DNA from: Alphaproteobacteria bacterium
Lineage (GTDB): Bacteria > Pseudomonadota > Alphaproteobacteria > Rickettsiales > JABDBP01
DNA: 64,000 nt
NCBI GenBank assembly: GCA_013288565.1
Contig: JABDBP010000003.1
Span: 11,671-75,670 of the forward strand
Direction: 5' to 3'
Position 1 is the stretch's first letter, and each line of letters begins with the position of its first letter. Positions 44,916 through 54,365 of the stretch are shown piece by piece. The notes below the pieces were generated by a model that had not been told where the DNA came from, did not search any database, and saw only the letters and a list, made by a program, of their open reading frames with translations. Both the position numbers and the translations under genes were made by a program.

Positions 44916-45544
44916 TGTGCCGAGCTTATCTCCCGCTTTTTTCTGCCCTCCTGCTTTCCTCTTGTACACTTGCTACGCCGGTTGACACCGGCCAAGCTAA
45001 TATGGTGACGCTCGCGCCGTTGCAACAGAGCGAAATTGCCTGCACGAAACATGTAAAAGGCAGCATCATCATCGCCTATCCGGTGACTCCTGATGATCTG
45101 GATACATACCGTATTGCATTACTGGATAAAGGTCGGAGGGATTATCTGTCTCACATGCGTTGGGCTGAATTTCTTCCGGGTATTATTCAATCCACATTCA
45201 CGCAAAGCTTAAACAACACCAATAGTTTCGACAATGCCTTTACTGACGATCAGATCGTGTCAGCACACTGGCAGTTGATGACAGAGGTAAAACGGTTTGA
45301 GGTATTATACGATGAGAACGAATCGCCTAGGGAGGCGGTGATTGAAATGCGGTTTGAACTTCTCACCGGCAGCAACACGGAAATAAAAAAGCAATTTACC
45401 CTATCACAGTCAGTAGATATACAGGCCAATAACACAACTGCAATCATGCAGGCATTCCGCGAAGGTTTCAGCAAGCTACAAAACGAATTGATTGCAAAAT
45501 TGGTGGGCTGTTCATCAACCACATCATCGTCATCAGGGATATGA
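44912..45544 (+). CDS. ABC-transport auxiliary lipoprotein (DUF330-like)
   Basis: The lipobox is LLLSSC. The gene lies directly downstream of the MCE gene with an overlapping start. The assignment rests on context. Confidence 0.55.
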   Translation: MMCRAYLPLFSALLLSSCTLATPVDTGQANMVTLAPLQQSEIACTKHVKGSIIIAYPVTPDDLDTYRIALLDKGRRDYLSHMRWAEFLPGIIQSTFTQSLNNTNSFDNAFTDDQIVSAHWQLMTEVKRFEVLYDENESPREAVIEMRFELLTGSNTEIKKQFTLSQSVDIQANNTTAIMQAFREGFSKLQNELIAKLVGCSSTTSSSSGI

Positions 45545-46390
45545 TCCGCCCAATTTCCCTTGCTTGAAGAGCTGTGCTGCGATCTTTTTGATACCCATTT
45601 CACCCTGCCGCAATGTTTCCTTATTGGTGTGCACCGAATAATTTCCCAGCGCTAGATCGTGAGGATGTTTCATTGCGGAGCCCAGTATAAAGATGGTATC
45701 TCCCTCAGCCCGAAAGTCGATGGGTGTTTCGGATTCAGAAAAGACCGCAAGCTCTTTTGCGGCAATCGGTTCCGCTGCATGCAATTGCCCTGACTGAACG
45801 CATAGCCACAGAACACTATGTCCCGGTTCCGGCTCAAAACGCCAATGTTTGCCGCCTCGCAAATGAACGGCGAGATAACTAAGCGTTGGCGGCGAAGGGA
45901 TAGGGCTGCTCGTCCCTGCATAACGTCCCAATATCACACGCACCGGCCCTGATTCAGGGACATTCTGTGGTGCAAGATAGAGGCTTTCCGCTGGCGCAAG
46001 TTCCTGATCATGCGGCAAGGCGATCCACAACTGGAAGCCCTGTTTGAGGGAACCACCACTCACCTTGCCAGTATGCCAGACACCGCCGCCCGCGCGCATC
46101 CATTCGACTCCACCGGCGGGAAGCACTCCCTGTTTGCCCGTGCTATCTTCATACTGGATATCACCATTCAGCAGGTAGGTGATGGTCGCGATACCCGAAT
46201 GGGGATGCCACCCAACGCCTTCTCCGAAGCTGCCTTGCCATTCAAAATAATCAAGGAATACGAATGGCTTTATCATCTGCCCGATATCCGACGGGCTGAC
46301 AAGGCGCGTGATGGGGCCGTGCTGGTTTCCTTTCGTGCGATATACAATGTCACGTATTGCGGGTAACGTTACTGCATTGATTTTTTTCAT
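45533..46390 (-). CDS. Pirin family protein
   Basis: HPHSGIATITYLLNGDIQYEDSTG is the pirin metal-binding region. The likely start is MKKINAV at 46390. Confidence 0.85.
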   Translation of the reverse strand: MKKINAVTLPAIRDIVYRTKGNQHGPITRLVSPSDIGQMIKPFVFLDYFEWQGSFGEGVGWHPHSGIATITYLLNGDIQYEDSTGKQGVLPAGGVEWMRAGGGVWHTGKVSGGSLKQGFQLWIALPHDQELAPAESLYLAPQNVPESGPVRVILGRYAGTSSPIPSPPTLSYLAVHLRGGKHWRFEPEPGHSVLWLCVQSGQLHAAEPIAAKELAVFSESETPIDFRAEGDTIFILGSAMKHPHDLALGNYSVHTNKETLRQGEMGIKKIAAQLFKQGKLGGSYP

Positions 46391-46394
46391 AACA

Positions 46395-47003
46395 TTACGC
46401 TGCCTCCTTATGGGTAATTGCATGTGCGCGTTGCTCGGCTTTGGCCAGGGCTTCCGCTTTCTTGTCCGGCCCCATGCCGACGCCTTCGATGTAAATTGTT
46501 TCTACATCGGTGATCCCGATAAACCCTAGAATAGCGCGCAGATACGGTTCCTGATAATCCATAGGCTTAGCCGGGCCTGTGCTATAGACACCACCGCGCC
46601 CAAGAACGATAATCGCTTTTTTCCCCTTTACTAATCCTTCAGGGCCTGCAGCGCCGTATTGAAATGTTTTCCCTGCACGCACTACATGATCGATCCATGC
46701 TTTAAGGACTGAAGGTATGTTGAAATTATACATCGGCGCTTCAAGGACGATGATGTTGCTGGCAAAGATTTCATCAATAAGTTCCTGAGACAGTGCAAGT
46801 GCAGGCGCATCATTCTGGCCAGAATACATCGCACCCAAAAATTCCGGGCTGACATGCGGTATAGGATTTTTGAGTAGGTCACGTTCGATGATTTTTGCGC
46901 CTAGGTGAGTTTGTTTCAATTCTGTCAGAGTGGTTCCACCGATTTGGCGGGTTACTGAGCTATCAAGATTGCTGCTAGATTTAATATGAAGAATGGTGGT
47001 CAT
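46395..47003 (-). CDS. azoR: FMN-dependent NADH-azoreductase
   Basis: The N-terminus MTTILHIKSSSNLDSSVTRQ and the segment APMYNFNIPSVLKAWIDHV are typical of the AzoR/AcpD family. Confidence 0.85.
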   Translation of the reverse strand: MTTILHIKSSSNLDSSVTRQIGGTTLTELKQTHLGAKIIERDLLKNPIPHVSPEFLGAMYSGQNDAPALALSQELIDEIFASNIIVLEAPMYNFNIPSVLKAWIDHVVRAGKTFQYGAAGPEGLVKGKKAIIVLGRGGVYSTGPAKPMDYQEPYLRAILGFIGITDVETIYIEGVGMGPDKKAEALAKAEQRAHAITHKEAA

Positions 47004-47097
47004 AAATGTACCTCTTGTTAATTGGTTCGTTAGTAGTTATGATTAGTTATAAGGTATATTATAGTAACTACTTAAAACTCTACAAGAAGGCACAATT

Positions 47098-47502
47098 ATG
47101 TCAGAAGGTTACAAGAATGTTCCCGGGGCTAATACAAGCCAGGCGCATGACGCTGGGCAATGTTGTGGGGCTATACGCGAAACGCTGTCTAAAGTCGGCG
47201 ATAAATGGAGCTTGCTGATTATCAGTATTTTAAGCGATGCACCACTGCGCTTCAACGAATTACGTCGCCGGATCAATGGAATTTCCCAGCGTATGCTCAC
47301 TCGCACGCTGCGCGAGCTTGAACGCGATGGGCTGGTGACACGCACCGTAACTCCTACTACTCCGCCGAGCGTTGAATACGCCCTCAATGATCTGGGACGC
47401 AGCTTGCTGGAACCCGTCAAAGCACTTATCGCTTGGATAATGGCCAATTATCCGAATATCAGCAAATCACAACAAAAGTTCGATAAGAGGAATAAGAATT
47501 AA
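47098..47502 (+). CDS. HxlR family transcriptional regulator
   Basis: GDKWSLLIISILSDAPLRFNELRRRINGISQRMLTRTLRELERDGLVTR is a typical HxlR winged helix. The gene is divergent from azoR. Confidence 0.9.
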   Translation: MSEGYKNVPGANTSQAHDAGQCCGAIRETLSKVGDKWSLLIISILSDAPLRFNELRRRINGISQRMLTRTLRELERDGLVTRTVTPTTPPSVEYALNDLGRSLLEPVKALIAWIMANYPNISKSQQKFDKRNKN

Positions 47503-47585
47503 GCCGACTTCTTAAGCGAAATTTCCATGTTACCTATAGAGAATGCAATATTATCAATAGGATAGAATCTACAACTTTCCTCTTG

Positions 47586-47598
47586 ACTGACCGGTCAA
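47586..47598. promoter_or_regulatory. Candidate TetR operator, site 1 (actgaccggtcaa; palindromic core tgaccggtca)
   Basis: A perfect 10-bp palindrome lies about 42 bp upstream of the tetR-family ATG at 47640. An identical 13-mer recurs at 48300. Confidence 0.5.
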
Positions 47599-47639
47599 CT
47601 TATGAGATGTTAGGTCATAAGTTGAGCAAAGAGGTTTAT

Positions 47640-48278
47640 ATGAACAAGGTTAAACAAAAGGCTACGCAAGATACGAAGCAGATTCTGATCGATACAGCAT
47701 CAGAGCTCATCTGGAAGAATAGTTATGGCGCGGTCAGCGTCGATGATATTTGCAAGGCTGCTAATGTGAAAAAGGGCAGCTTTTACCACTTCTTCCCTTC
47801 AAAGGTTGATTTGGCTCTTGCCGCATTGGAAGAGTTTTATCAAAACAAGAAAGAGGCTTATGACAGGATTTTCTCTCCACAGACACCAGCTTTGAAGCGG
47901 TTTGAACAAATGGCCGATCTTGTGGTCGAAATGCAGGAAAAAGCGGCTGCTAAACATGGCCAAGTCTGCGGCTGCCCGCACGCCTCCCTTGGCTGTGAAA
48001 TGGCCGGGCAGGAGGACGCTATTCGCAAAAAGCTTGATGAGATTACCAAGCGGTTTGAACGCTATTATGAAAGTGGCATAAGGGATTTGATAGCCGATGG
48101 TATGTTGCCTGCGGATACCAATATAAAAGCTAAAGCGCAGGAGGTGTTTACCTATCTACTTGGACAGCTCACATTCGCACGTATCCAGAATGATATCGAC
48201 ATACTAAAGCGTGAGTTAAAGCCAGGTTTACGCAGAATTTTAGTAAAAGACTCATTTTCTTGGGGCAAGAGTAAGTAA
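47640..48278 (+). CDS. TetR/AcrR family transcriptional regulator
   Basis: The HTH reads AVSVDDICKAANVKKGSFYHFFPSK. An RBS (gaggt) precedes the ATG at 47640. The track ORF starts at a TTG at 47583. Confidence 0.85.
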   Translation: MNKVKQKATQDTKQILIDTASELIWKNSYGAVSVDDICKAANVKKGSFYHFFPSKVDLALAALEEFYQNKKEAYDRIFSPQTPALKRFEQMADLVVEMQEKAAAKHGQVCGCPHASLGCEMAGQEDAIRKKLDEITKRFERYYESGIRDLIADGMLPADTNIKAKAQEVFTYLLGQLTFARIQNDIDILKRELKPGLRRILVKDSFSWGKSK

Positions 48279-48299
48279 ATTTTTTTGAACAGAAACTAA

Positions 48300-48312
48300 A
48301 CTGACCGGTCAA
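48300..48312. promoter_or_regulatory. Candidate TetR operator, site 2 (actgaccggtcaa)
   Basis: The 13-mer is identical to site 1. It lies about 20 bp upstream of the RBS/ATG of the small ORF at 48334. Confidence 0.5.
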
Positions 48313-48333
48313 ATATTAATCATGGAGGAATAT

Positions 48334-48522
48334 ATGTCAAAGCTCTTTCAAAACCTCGCCAAAGCCATCCATGGCTCGGATGAGAATTCTTTATCTGGTC
48401 GGCAGTTAGTTAACATAGATGGCCAGTTATTTGCCGTTGCCCGCTCGCGTGAGGAGATGGCAAGGCTGATGCGGATGCGTGACCAGAGTGTCGCCGGATA
48501 TGTTCTTCAGAATCATGTGTAA
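48334..48522 (+). CDS. Small hypothetical protein (62 aa)
   Basis: A strong RBS (ggagga) precedes the ATG at 48334. Two further short ORFs with RBS or overlapping ATGA follow (48540-48671 and 48668-48829; the latter is hydrophobic). Confidence 0.4.
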   Translation: MSKLFQNLAKAIHGSDENSLSGRQLVNIDGQLFAVARSREEMARLMRMRDQSVAGYVLQNHV

Positions 48523-48858
48523 ATTTGAGGGAGGGAATTATGAAACATTATGAGGTGATACTATGGGTTATGTTTCCGGTGTCATATTCTATCATGAAAG
48601 GTACGGTTTATCTTTCAAAAAAGGTCGCTGCATACAGAAAAACGCATGCACTGACGGGAGCATCGCTATGAAAGCCAAGGGCAAGAAAATAACTATAACG
48701 GTTTTATCGCTAACCTTGATCGCTCTGGCCACCTATGCCGTAACTTTACTCGGTGCCGGTGCATTCTGGTCGACTCTGATCAGCGGCTTGGCCGGCACGA
48801 TCGGCAGTTATATCATGAACAACGCTTAACCTAACTTAACATAAAAAGGAGAAGTCTT

Positions 48859-49590
48859 ATGAAGATCGAAAACAAAAATATTCTGGTTACCGGTGCGAAC
48901 CGCGGCATCGGCGCTGCTATTGTTCGCGAACTGCTGAAACATAAGGTCGGTAAAGTTTATACCGCCGCACGCAATGTTAAAAATCTCCCCGACTTTGGCG
49001 ATAAACGCGTCGTGCCGTTGGCCATAGATATCACTGACTCCAGACAGGTTGCCGATGCGGCCAAACAAGCGAAAGACGTCAATGTGCTGATTAATAACGC
49101 AGGCCGGATAGCTTTTGCTTCCATCATTGATGGCCAATCAGATCAGATTGCTGCCGATATGAATACCAATTATTCCGGTACGCTTGGCATGATGCAGGCC
49201 TTTGCGCCGGTGCTGCAGAAGAATGGGCAAGGCGTGATTGCCAATGTTGTCAGCATCGTCGGACTGGCGCCTATGGCAATGATCGGCGGTTATTCCGCTT
49301 CAAAAGCGGCCTTACATTCCGCTACTCAAGCTGCACGCATAGAATTGGCAAGCCGTAATATTCATGTCATCGGCATTTATCCCGGACCGATCGACACCGA
49401 AATGGCGAGTGATTTCCCGATTGCGAAAACGTCTCCTGCCGTAACGGCACAAGCCATTGTCGCCGGCATCATCGAAGGAAAGGACTATATCTTCCCCGAC
49501 CCGATGTCTGAGCAGGTCGGCACGCTATGGGAACACGATCCGAAGGCGCTGGAAAAGCAATTCGCAGCACCCCCGGCGGAAGCGGCATAA
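48859..49590 (+). CDS. Short-chain dehydrogenase/reductase
   Basis: The motifs are TGANRGIGAA (TGxxxGxG), NNAG and YSASKAAL (YxxxK). Confidence 0.9.
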   Translation: MKIENKNILVTGANRGIGAAIVRELLKHKVGKVYTAARNVKNLPDFGDKRVVPLAIDITDSRQVADAAKQAKDVNVLINNAGRIAFASIIDGQSDQIAADMNTNYSGTLGMMQAFAPVLQKNGQGVIANVVSIVGLAPMAMIGGYSASKAALHSATQAARIELASRNIHVIGIYPGPIDTEMASDFPIAKTSPAVTAQAIVAGIIEGKDYIFPDPMSEQVGTLWEHDPKALEKQFAAPPAEAA

Positions 49591-49595
49591 AGTGA

Positions 49596-50333
49596 TCAAT
49601 GCTGGCTGATGATCATCTGCGCGAATGCTTCCAATTCCTGCCTATTCAGGTCTGACACCGCCTCGAACTTCATATTATTTTTCTGCCATGATACAATATT
49701 AAACCCGCGCTTGGAAGTGCTATGGACTGACGAATCCCCAGCGTTATTTGGCATGATGAATAGATTGATTATATGTTTGTTGCGCTTATAGGAAAGCGCG
49801 GCGACATTTTGATGCCGGATATAATCCAGCCGCCCGCCAAGCAGTGGATAGCCTTGCTCCGCAAAATCATAAACCGGAGGCGAGAAATCAATCTTGCCGG
49901 CAAACCACGGCTTCACCGTATGTTTATCGGAAGATGCCACATCGGTCAGATGCTGCTCCATCAGCGACCGCACATGGCTGGAAACCACTTCGTCCACCAG
50001 CATATCCTGCCCAGATGGGATAGCAAAATAAAGTATCACAGATGCTGCGAGCGCTGCGGCGGAGATTGTTGGTGCAAGCCATTTCTTAGCTGAGAATGAT
50101 TTTTGCTGATTTATTTGAGACATGATCCGTTGTTGCAATAACTCCGGTGCAGGATGATATGATGCCTGCTGGCGTATACCTTCGCGTAATGCCTGCATCT
50201 CGGCAAGTTTCGCCTTGCATTCCGCGCATTTTGCTATGTGCTGGCTCACACGCACAGACATTTCCATCTCTAACTCGTTATCGATATAGGGATGCAGCCA
50301 GGTAGCGCAATCGTTACAGTTCATTTCATTCAT
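49596..50333 (-). CDS. Anti-sigma factor (zf-HC2 type, single-pass membrane)
   Basis: The N-terminus reads CNDCATWLHPYIDNEL...HIAKCAECKA (H-x3-C-x2-C). A TM segment (APTISAAALAASVILYF) follows. The gene overlaps the upstream ECF sigma gene. Confidence 0.8.
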   Translation of the reverse strand: MNEMNCNDCATWLHPYIDNELEMEMSVRVSQHIAKCAECKAKLAEMQALREGIRQQASYHPAPELLQQRIMSQINQQKSFSAKKWLAPTISAAALAASVILYFAIPSGQDMLVDEVVSSHVRSLMEQHLTDVASSDKHTVKPWFAGKIDFSPPVYDFAEQGYPLLGGRLDYIRHQNVAALSYKRNKHIINLFIMPNNAGDSSVHSTSKRGFNIVSWQKNNMKFEAVSDLNRQELEAFAQMIISQH

Positions 50334-50863
50334 AATTTAGCCAATAATTCTTTTTTCAGCATCTCACGTCCACGCGCCAGCCGTGACATTACTGTGCCGA
50401 TCGGCACCTCTGTCACAGACGCAATTTCCTTGTAAGACATTTCCTCCAACTCTTTTAGGATAATCACCTCCCTAAATGGCACCGGCAAAGTTTCGAGCGC
50501 CCGCTGCATAGCGGCAGCATCTTGCATTTTTGCTGCCAATATTTCCGGCGTTTCCATATGGCTCACCAAAACCAAATCCTGATCATGCATCATAGCTTCA
50601 TCATCTATATCCACATAATGCCTGCCGCCCGATGCTTTAAGCCATGTATAGCATTGGTTCCGCACAATCGTCAGAAACCAGGCCCTAGCATTGCCGTCTG
50701 CAAATCGATCAATCGCCGCGAAAGCTCTAAGCGAACTTTCCTGCACTACATCCTGTGCCGCCACTGCATCCTTTAAAAGCCAGCGGGCGAGGTTATGGGC
50801 AGCATTTAAGTGCGGCAGAATAAGCTGCTCAAACCGTTTTGCACTTTCATTACGTGCTTTCAT
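50330..50863 (-). CDS. ECF (group 4) RNA polymerase sigma factor
   Basis: Region 2 reads AQDVVQESSLRAF. Region 4 reads ELEEMSYKEIASVTEVPIGTVMSRLARGR. Confidence 0.9.
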   Translation of the reverse strand: MKARNESAKRFEQLILPHLNAAHNLARWLLKDAVAAQDVVQESSLRAFAAIDRFADGNARAWFLTIVRNQCYTWLKASGGRHYVDIDDEAMMHDQDLVLVSHMETPEILAAKMQDAAAMQRALETLPVPFREVIILKELEEMSYKEIASVTEVPIGTVMSRLARGREMLKKELLAKL

Positions 50864-50998
50864 TAATATAAACCGCTCTCCGCCTTGGTTTATTCCCGAT
50901 TAAAATATTTTTCTTCTGCCGGGAATAAAACACCTGTTCCGCCAGTTATATATCGTGACGGCGTTATTATGTAAACCTTTTGAGCCTTAAGGAGTTTT

Positions 50999-51970
50999 AT
51001 GACAAACGATATATTTAAGCCTGATGAAACTACCCAAGATGTTGAAAACCCCGAGCGCCGGAAACTCCTAAAATGCTCCGCCTGGGCTGGCGCCGGGGTG
51101 TTATGGATGCTCTCGGGCGGCATTCCCAAAGCCTTCGCGCTGGATGCGGCAGGGAAATTACCTGCGGGCGTGGTGCTTGACGGCAATTTCCACTTCGTGC
51201 AGATCAGCGACAGCCATATCGGCTTCAATAAGGAGGCCAATCCCGAACCGATCAAAACATTGCAGGAAGCCATTGGCAAAATTAATGCCTTCCCTGTTAA
51301 ACCATCACTCATCTTGCATACCGGCGATATCACCCATCTTTCCAAGCCCGCAGAATTCGATACCGCTGCGGAGATTCTAAAAGCGTTGCCGGCAACTGTG
51401 CATTATGTACCGGGCGAACACGATACGCTCGATGAAGGCGGCGGCAAACTTTTCTTAGAGCGCTATGGCAAAGGCACAAAAGGCACCGGCTGGTATAGCT
51501 TCGATGACCATGGCGTGCATTTCATCGCCCTCATCAATGTGCTGAATTTCAAGCAAGGCCAGATGACTAGCCTCGGCGATGAGCAACTTAAATGGCTGGC
51601 CGATGATTTGCGCTCCGTTAAAACCAGTACGCCAATCGTCGTGTTTGCGCATATTCCCCTATGGACTGTTTATGAACCTTGGGGCTGGGGTACGCAAGAT
51701 GGCGATCAGGCTCTGGCGCTGCTGCGTAAATACGGCTCGGTGACGATCTTAAACGGCCATATCCATCAGGTGATTCAGAAGGTTGAAGGCAACATTACCT
51801 TCCACACTGCGCGTGGCACTGCCTATCCGCAACCGGCACCCGGAGCCGCCCCTTCACCCGGCCCGATGAAGGTTCCTGCCGATCAGCTCCGCAGCTATCT
51901 CGGCATTACCGATGTCGTAACCGTACAAGGCGATCACCCGCTGGCGCTCGTCAATTCAACCCTATCCTAA
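50999..51970 (+). CDS. Tat-exported metallophosphoesterase
   Basis: The twin-arginine leader is ERRKLLKCSAWAGAGV. The calcineurin-like motifs are ISDSHIG, HTGDITH, GEHD and NGHIHQ. Confidence 0.85.
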   Translation: MTNDIFKPDETTQDVENPERRKLLKCSAWAGAGVLWMLSGGIPKAFALDAAGKLPAGVVLDGNFHFVQISDSHIGFNKEANPEPIKTLQEAIGKINAFPVKPSLILHTGDITHLSKPAEFDTAAEILKALPATVHYVPGEHDTLDEGGGKLFLERYGKGTKGTGWYSFDDHGVHFIALINVLNFKQGQMTSLGDEQLKWLADDLRSVKTSTPIVVFAHIPLWTVYEPWGWGTQDGDQALALLRKYGSVTILNGHIHQVIQKVEGNITFHTARGTAYPQPAPGAAPSPGPMKVPADQLRSYLGITDVVTVQGDHPLALVNSTLS

Positions 51971-51988
51971 CCTTACTAGGAATGTTTT

Positions 51989-52315
51989 ATGAAAAAATAT
52001 CTGCACGTTTTCGCTCTCGGCTGCCTGGTATTTTCCACATCAGCTTGGGCGGCTGACCAAACAATCGAGATCAAGGAGTACAAATATATACCGGAACAAG
52101 TGACCGTAGCGGCGGGTACGAAAGTTACCTGGATTAACCGCGACGAAATACCACACACTGTCGATGTCGATGACGGCAAAAAAGGATTCCGCTCCCCCGC
52201 ACTTGATACCGACGAGACGTATTCTTACACCTTCACGACCCCTGGAACGTATAAGTATTTATGCAGGCTACATACGAAGATGACGGGCACGGTTATCGTT
52301 ACAGCTGCCAAATAG
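51989..52315 (+). CDS. Cupredoxin (plastocyanin/pseudoazurin-like blue copper protein)
   Basis: The protein has a signal peptide. The copper ligand pattern is PHTV ... CRLHTKM (H, C, H, M). Confidence 0.8.
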   Translation: MKKYLHVFALGCLVFSTSAWAADQTIEIKEYKYIPEQVTVAAGTKVTWINRDEIPHTVDVDDGKKGFRSPALDTDETYSYTFTTPGTYKYLCRLHTKMTGTVIVTAAK

Positions 52316-52335
52316 CGCGGCAAAATAGTCTTACG

Positions 52336-52938
52336 ATGTCTAGGCACACCCATTCCGCTAACTATAACGCCGTCGCCAAAATATTTCATTGGCTTATGGC
52401 GACTTTGATCCTCTGCATGCTGCTGCTGGGCTGGGCTATGACGGCTGACAACATTCTGGGCGGTCATGAAAAATCCGTCGCAATGCAAGTGCATGAATCT
52501 GTTGGCATGATTGTTCTTACTCTCGGCTTGCTTCGATTGACATGGCGGTTCCTAAATCCACCACCGCCACTGCCCGCTTTTATGCCGGTGTGGGAGCAGG
52601 TAGCCGCTAGATTGTCGCATGTGATTTTATACGTTCTGATGCTTGTCATGCCGCTGGTCGGCTGGGGGATAATTTCCACCATGGCACACAATGCCCTGTT
52701 CTTCGGACTATTCCCCATTCCAAACCTTCCTTTCCTGCACGATCTACCGGGTAAAAAAGAAATCCGTGAAATTTTTGAAAATATCCACTGGTGGTTAGCC
52801 TGGGTTATCATCGCCGTTGTTGCCTTGCATGCCGGTGCGGCCCTGAAGCATCATTTTATCGAACGCGACGATATTCTGTTGCGCATGGCCCCGAGCTTTC
52901 TCGGACGAATTCTATGCTACCTCCGGGGTGAGGCATGA
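52336..52938 (+). CDS. Cytochrome b561 family protein
   Basis: The pattern is four helices with conserved His residues (AKIFHWLMA, MQVHESVG, ENIHWWLAW, AALKHHF). The likely start is at 52336. Confidence 0.75.
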   Translation: MSRHTHSANYNAVAKIFHWLMATLILCMLLLGWAMTADNILGGHEKSVAMQVHESVGMIVLTLGLLRLTWRFLNPPPPLPAFMPVWEQVAARLSHVILYVLMLVMPLVGWGIISTMAHNALFFGLFPIPNLPFLHDLPGKKEIREIFENIHWWLAWVIIAVVALHAGAALKHHFIERDDILLRMAPSFLGRILCYLRGEA

Positions 52939-53848
52939 TGTGTATAGATACCTATACATTCTGCTTTCCATCACCATCTGTTTCAGTGCAAGTGCCGCCT
53001 ACGCCCACGCTATTGTCGGCGACAGGATATTCCCGGCAACGCTGGCCATCGACGATCCAGGCATATCGGATGAATTGAACACGCAAATAAGCCGCTTCAA
53101 ACAGGCTGGCGATGGCGGCGCCCCAGCCTCATGGCAGACCGGCACATCAGGTGAATATGACAAAACCATCACCGAGAATTTTGGTGTGTTAATTGGCGGC
53201 GCATGGCTAAACAACGGCGGCGTATCGGGCTGGGATAATTTTTATGTCGCGGCGAAGTATGTATTTTATACTAATGTTGAACATGAAATCATGCTCTCCA
53301 CCGGGCTGGATTGGGACATCGGCCACACCGGCGCAAAGCGCGTCGGCGCGGATAGTTTCAGCACTTTCACACCTGCGCTGTTCTTCGGCAAAGGCCTGGG
53401 TGACCTGCCGGATTCCGCCGACCTGCTAAAACCCTTCGCTCTTACCGGAACGCTCGGCTATGCTGTGCCGACACAGAATTTCTCCACCGATCCCGATACC
53501 GGCAACAAAACCCGCAACCCGCAATCGGTGGAATGGGGATTTACCGTGCAATACAGCCTGCCTTACTTGCAGCAGCATGTGAAGGATTTAGGAATACCGC
53601 AACCATTCAGCACCGCTATTCCCATTGTGGAATTCGTTTTTGAAACGCCGACCGATGGCGACCAGTCCGGCCAGACCACCGGCACGATCAATCCCGGCAT
53701 CATTTTCATGGGTGATCAGATGCAGTTTGCTCTGGAAGCGCAAATCCCGCTTAACCATGATTCCGGCAGCGGCGTTGGCTACTTGGCGCAGGCGCACTTT
53801 TATCTCGACAATATTTTTCCAAATTCTATAGGGAGGCCTTTATGGTAA
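52928..53848 (+). CDS. Putative outer-membrane beta-barrel protein
   Basis: The signal peptide ends AYAHA. The composition is alternating Gly/aromatic-rich, with a terminal aromatic residue (PLW). The family was not identified. Confidence 0.4.
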   Translation: MRHDVYRYLYILLSITICFSASAAYAHAIVGDRIFPATLAIDDPGISDELNTQISRFKQAGDGGAPASWQTGTSGEYDKTITENFGVLIGGAWLNNGGVSGWDNFYVAAKYVFYTNVEHEIMLSTGLDWDIGHTGAKRVGADSFSTFTPALFFGKGLGDLPDSADLLKPFALTGTLGYAVPTQNFSTDPDTGNKTRNPQSVEWGFTVQYSLPYLQQHVKDLGIPQPFSTAIPIVEFVFETPTDGDQSGQTTGTINPGIIFMGDQMQFALEAQIPLNHDSGSGVGYLAQAHFYLDNIFPNSIGRPLW

Positions 53849-54195
53849 AAGGCGCTATCGTATTATGTTTCATCTTGCTTATAGCATCGCCAGCACTGGC
53901 TTGTGGTGTATTGGATAAGGCCGATCCGAAAGTCGGCAGCACAGTTAAATCGACGGATCATGTTACACTGAAATTCACTCAAGCTGTCGTTCCCGGCTCC
54001 AGCGATGTAAAAATCACCGATGACACTGGAAATGTAGTGAAGATCGGCAAGCCGGTGAGCAGCGAGGATGATACTGTGATTTCTCTGAAAATGAATCATC
54101 CTCTTATGCCAGGCAAATATAAAGTCAGCTGGAACATACTCTGGCTAGATTGCAAAAACAAAACTCAAGGCGATTATAAATTCACTGTAGAATAA
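53842..54195 (+). CDS. CopC-domain periplasmic protein
   Basis: After the signal peptide the sequence reads L.KADPKVGSTVKS..HVTLKFTQAV ... GKYKVSWNI, which fits the CopC/YobA fold pattern. Confidence 0.6.
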   Translation: MVKGAIVLCFILLIASPALACGVLDKADPKVGSTVKSTDHVTLKFTQAVVPGSSDVKITDDTGNVVKIGKPVSSEDDTVISLKMNHPLMPGKYKVSWNILWLDCKNKTQGDYKFTVE

Positions 54196-54365
54196 ACGAG
54201 CCTAACCCGACCATCATGGTGGGCAAGATAATCGTCACCACCGGGAAATAGAGGCCATAATTATTGCTATTCTTTGAGCCGTTCGCTATAGACTCCCTAC
54301 ACCACCACTTTTCTCGTTGTATTTCGATATCTCCAATAACCTAGCCACAGTGGCGGCGAAACACT

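Noticed and set aside
54196-54255. A possible remnant of a cupredoxin C-terminus (TIMVGKIIVTTGK*, compared with TKMTGTVIVTAAK* of the intact cupredoxin at 51989-52315).
   Set aside because: Only about 13 residues are similar. The upstream frame lacks the Cys-x-x-His ligand spacing and overlaps the CopC stop region. The match is too short to separate from chance without a statistical alignment.
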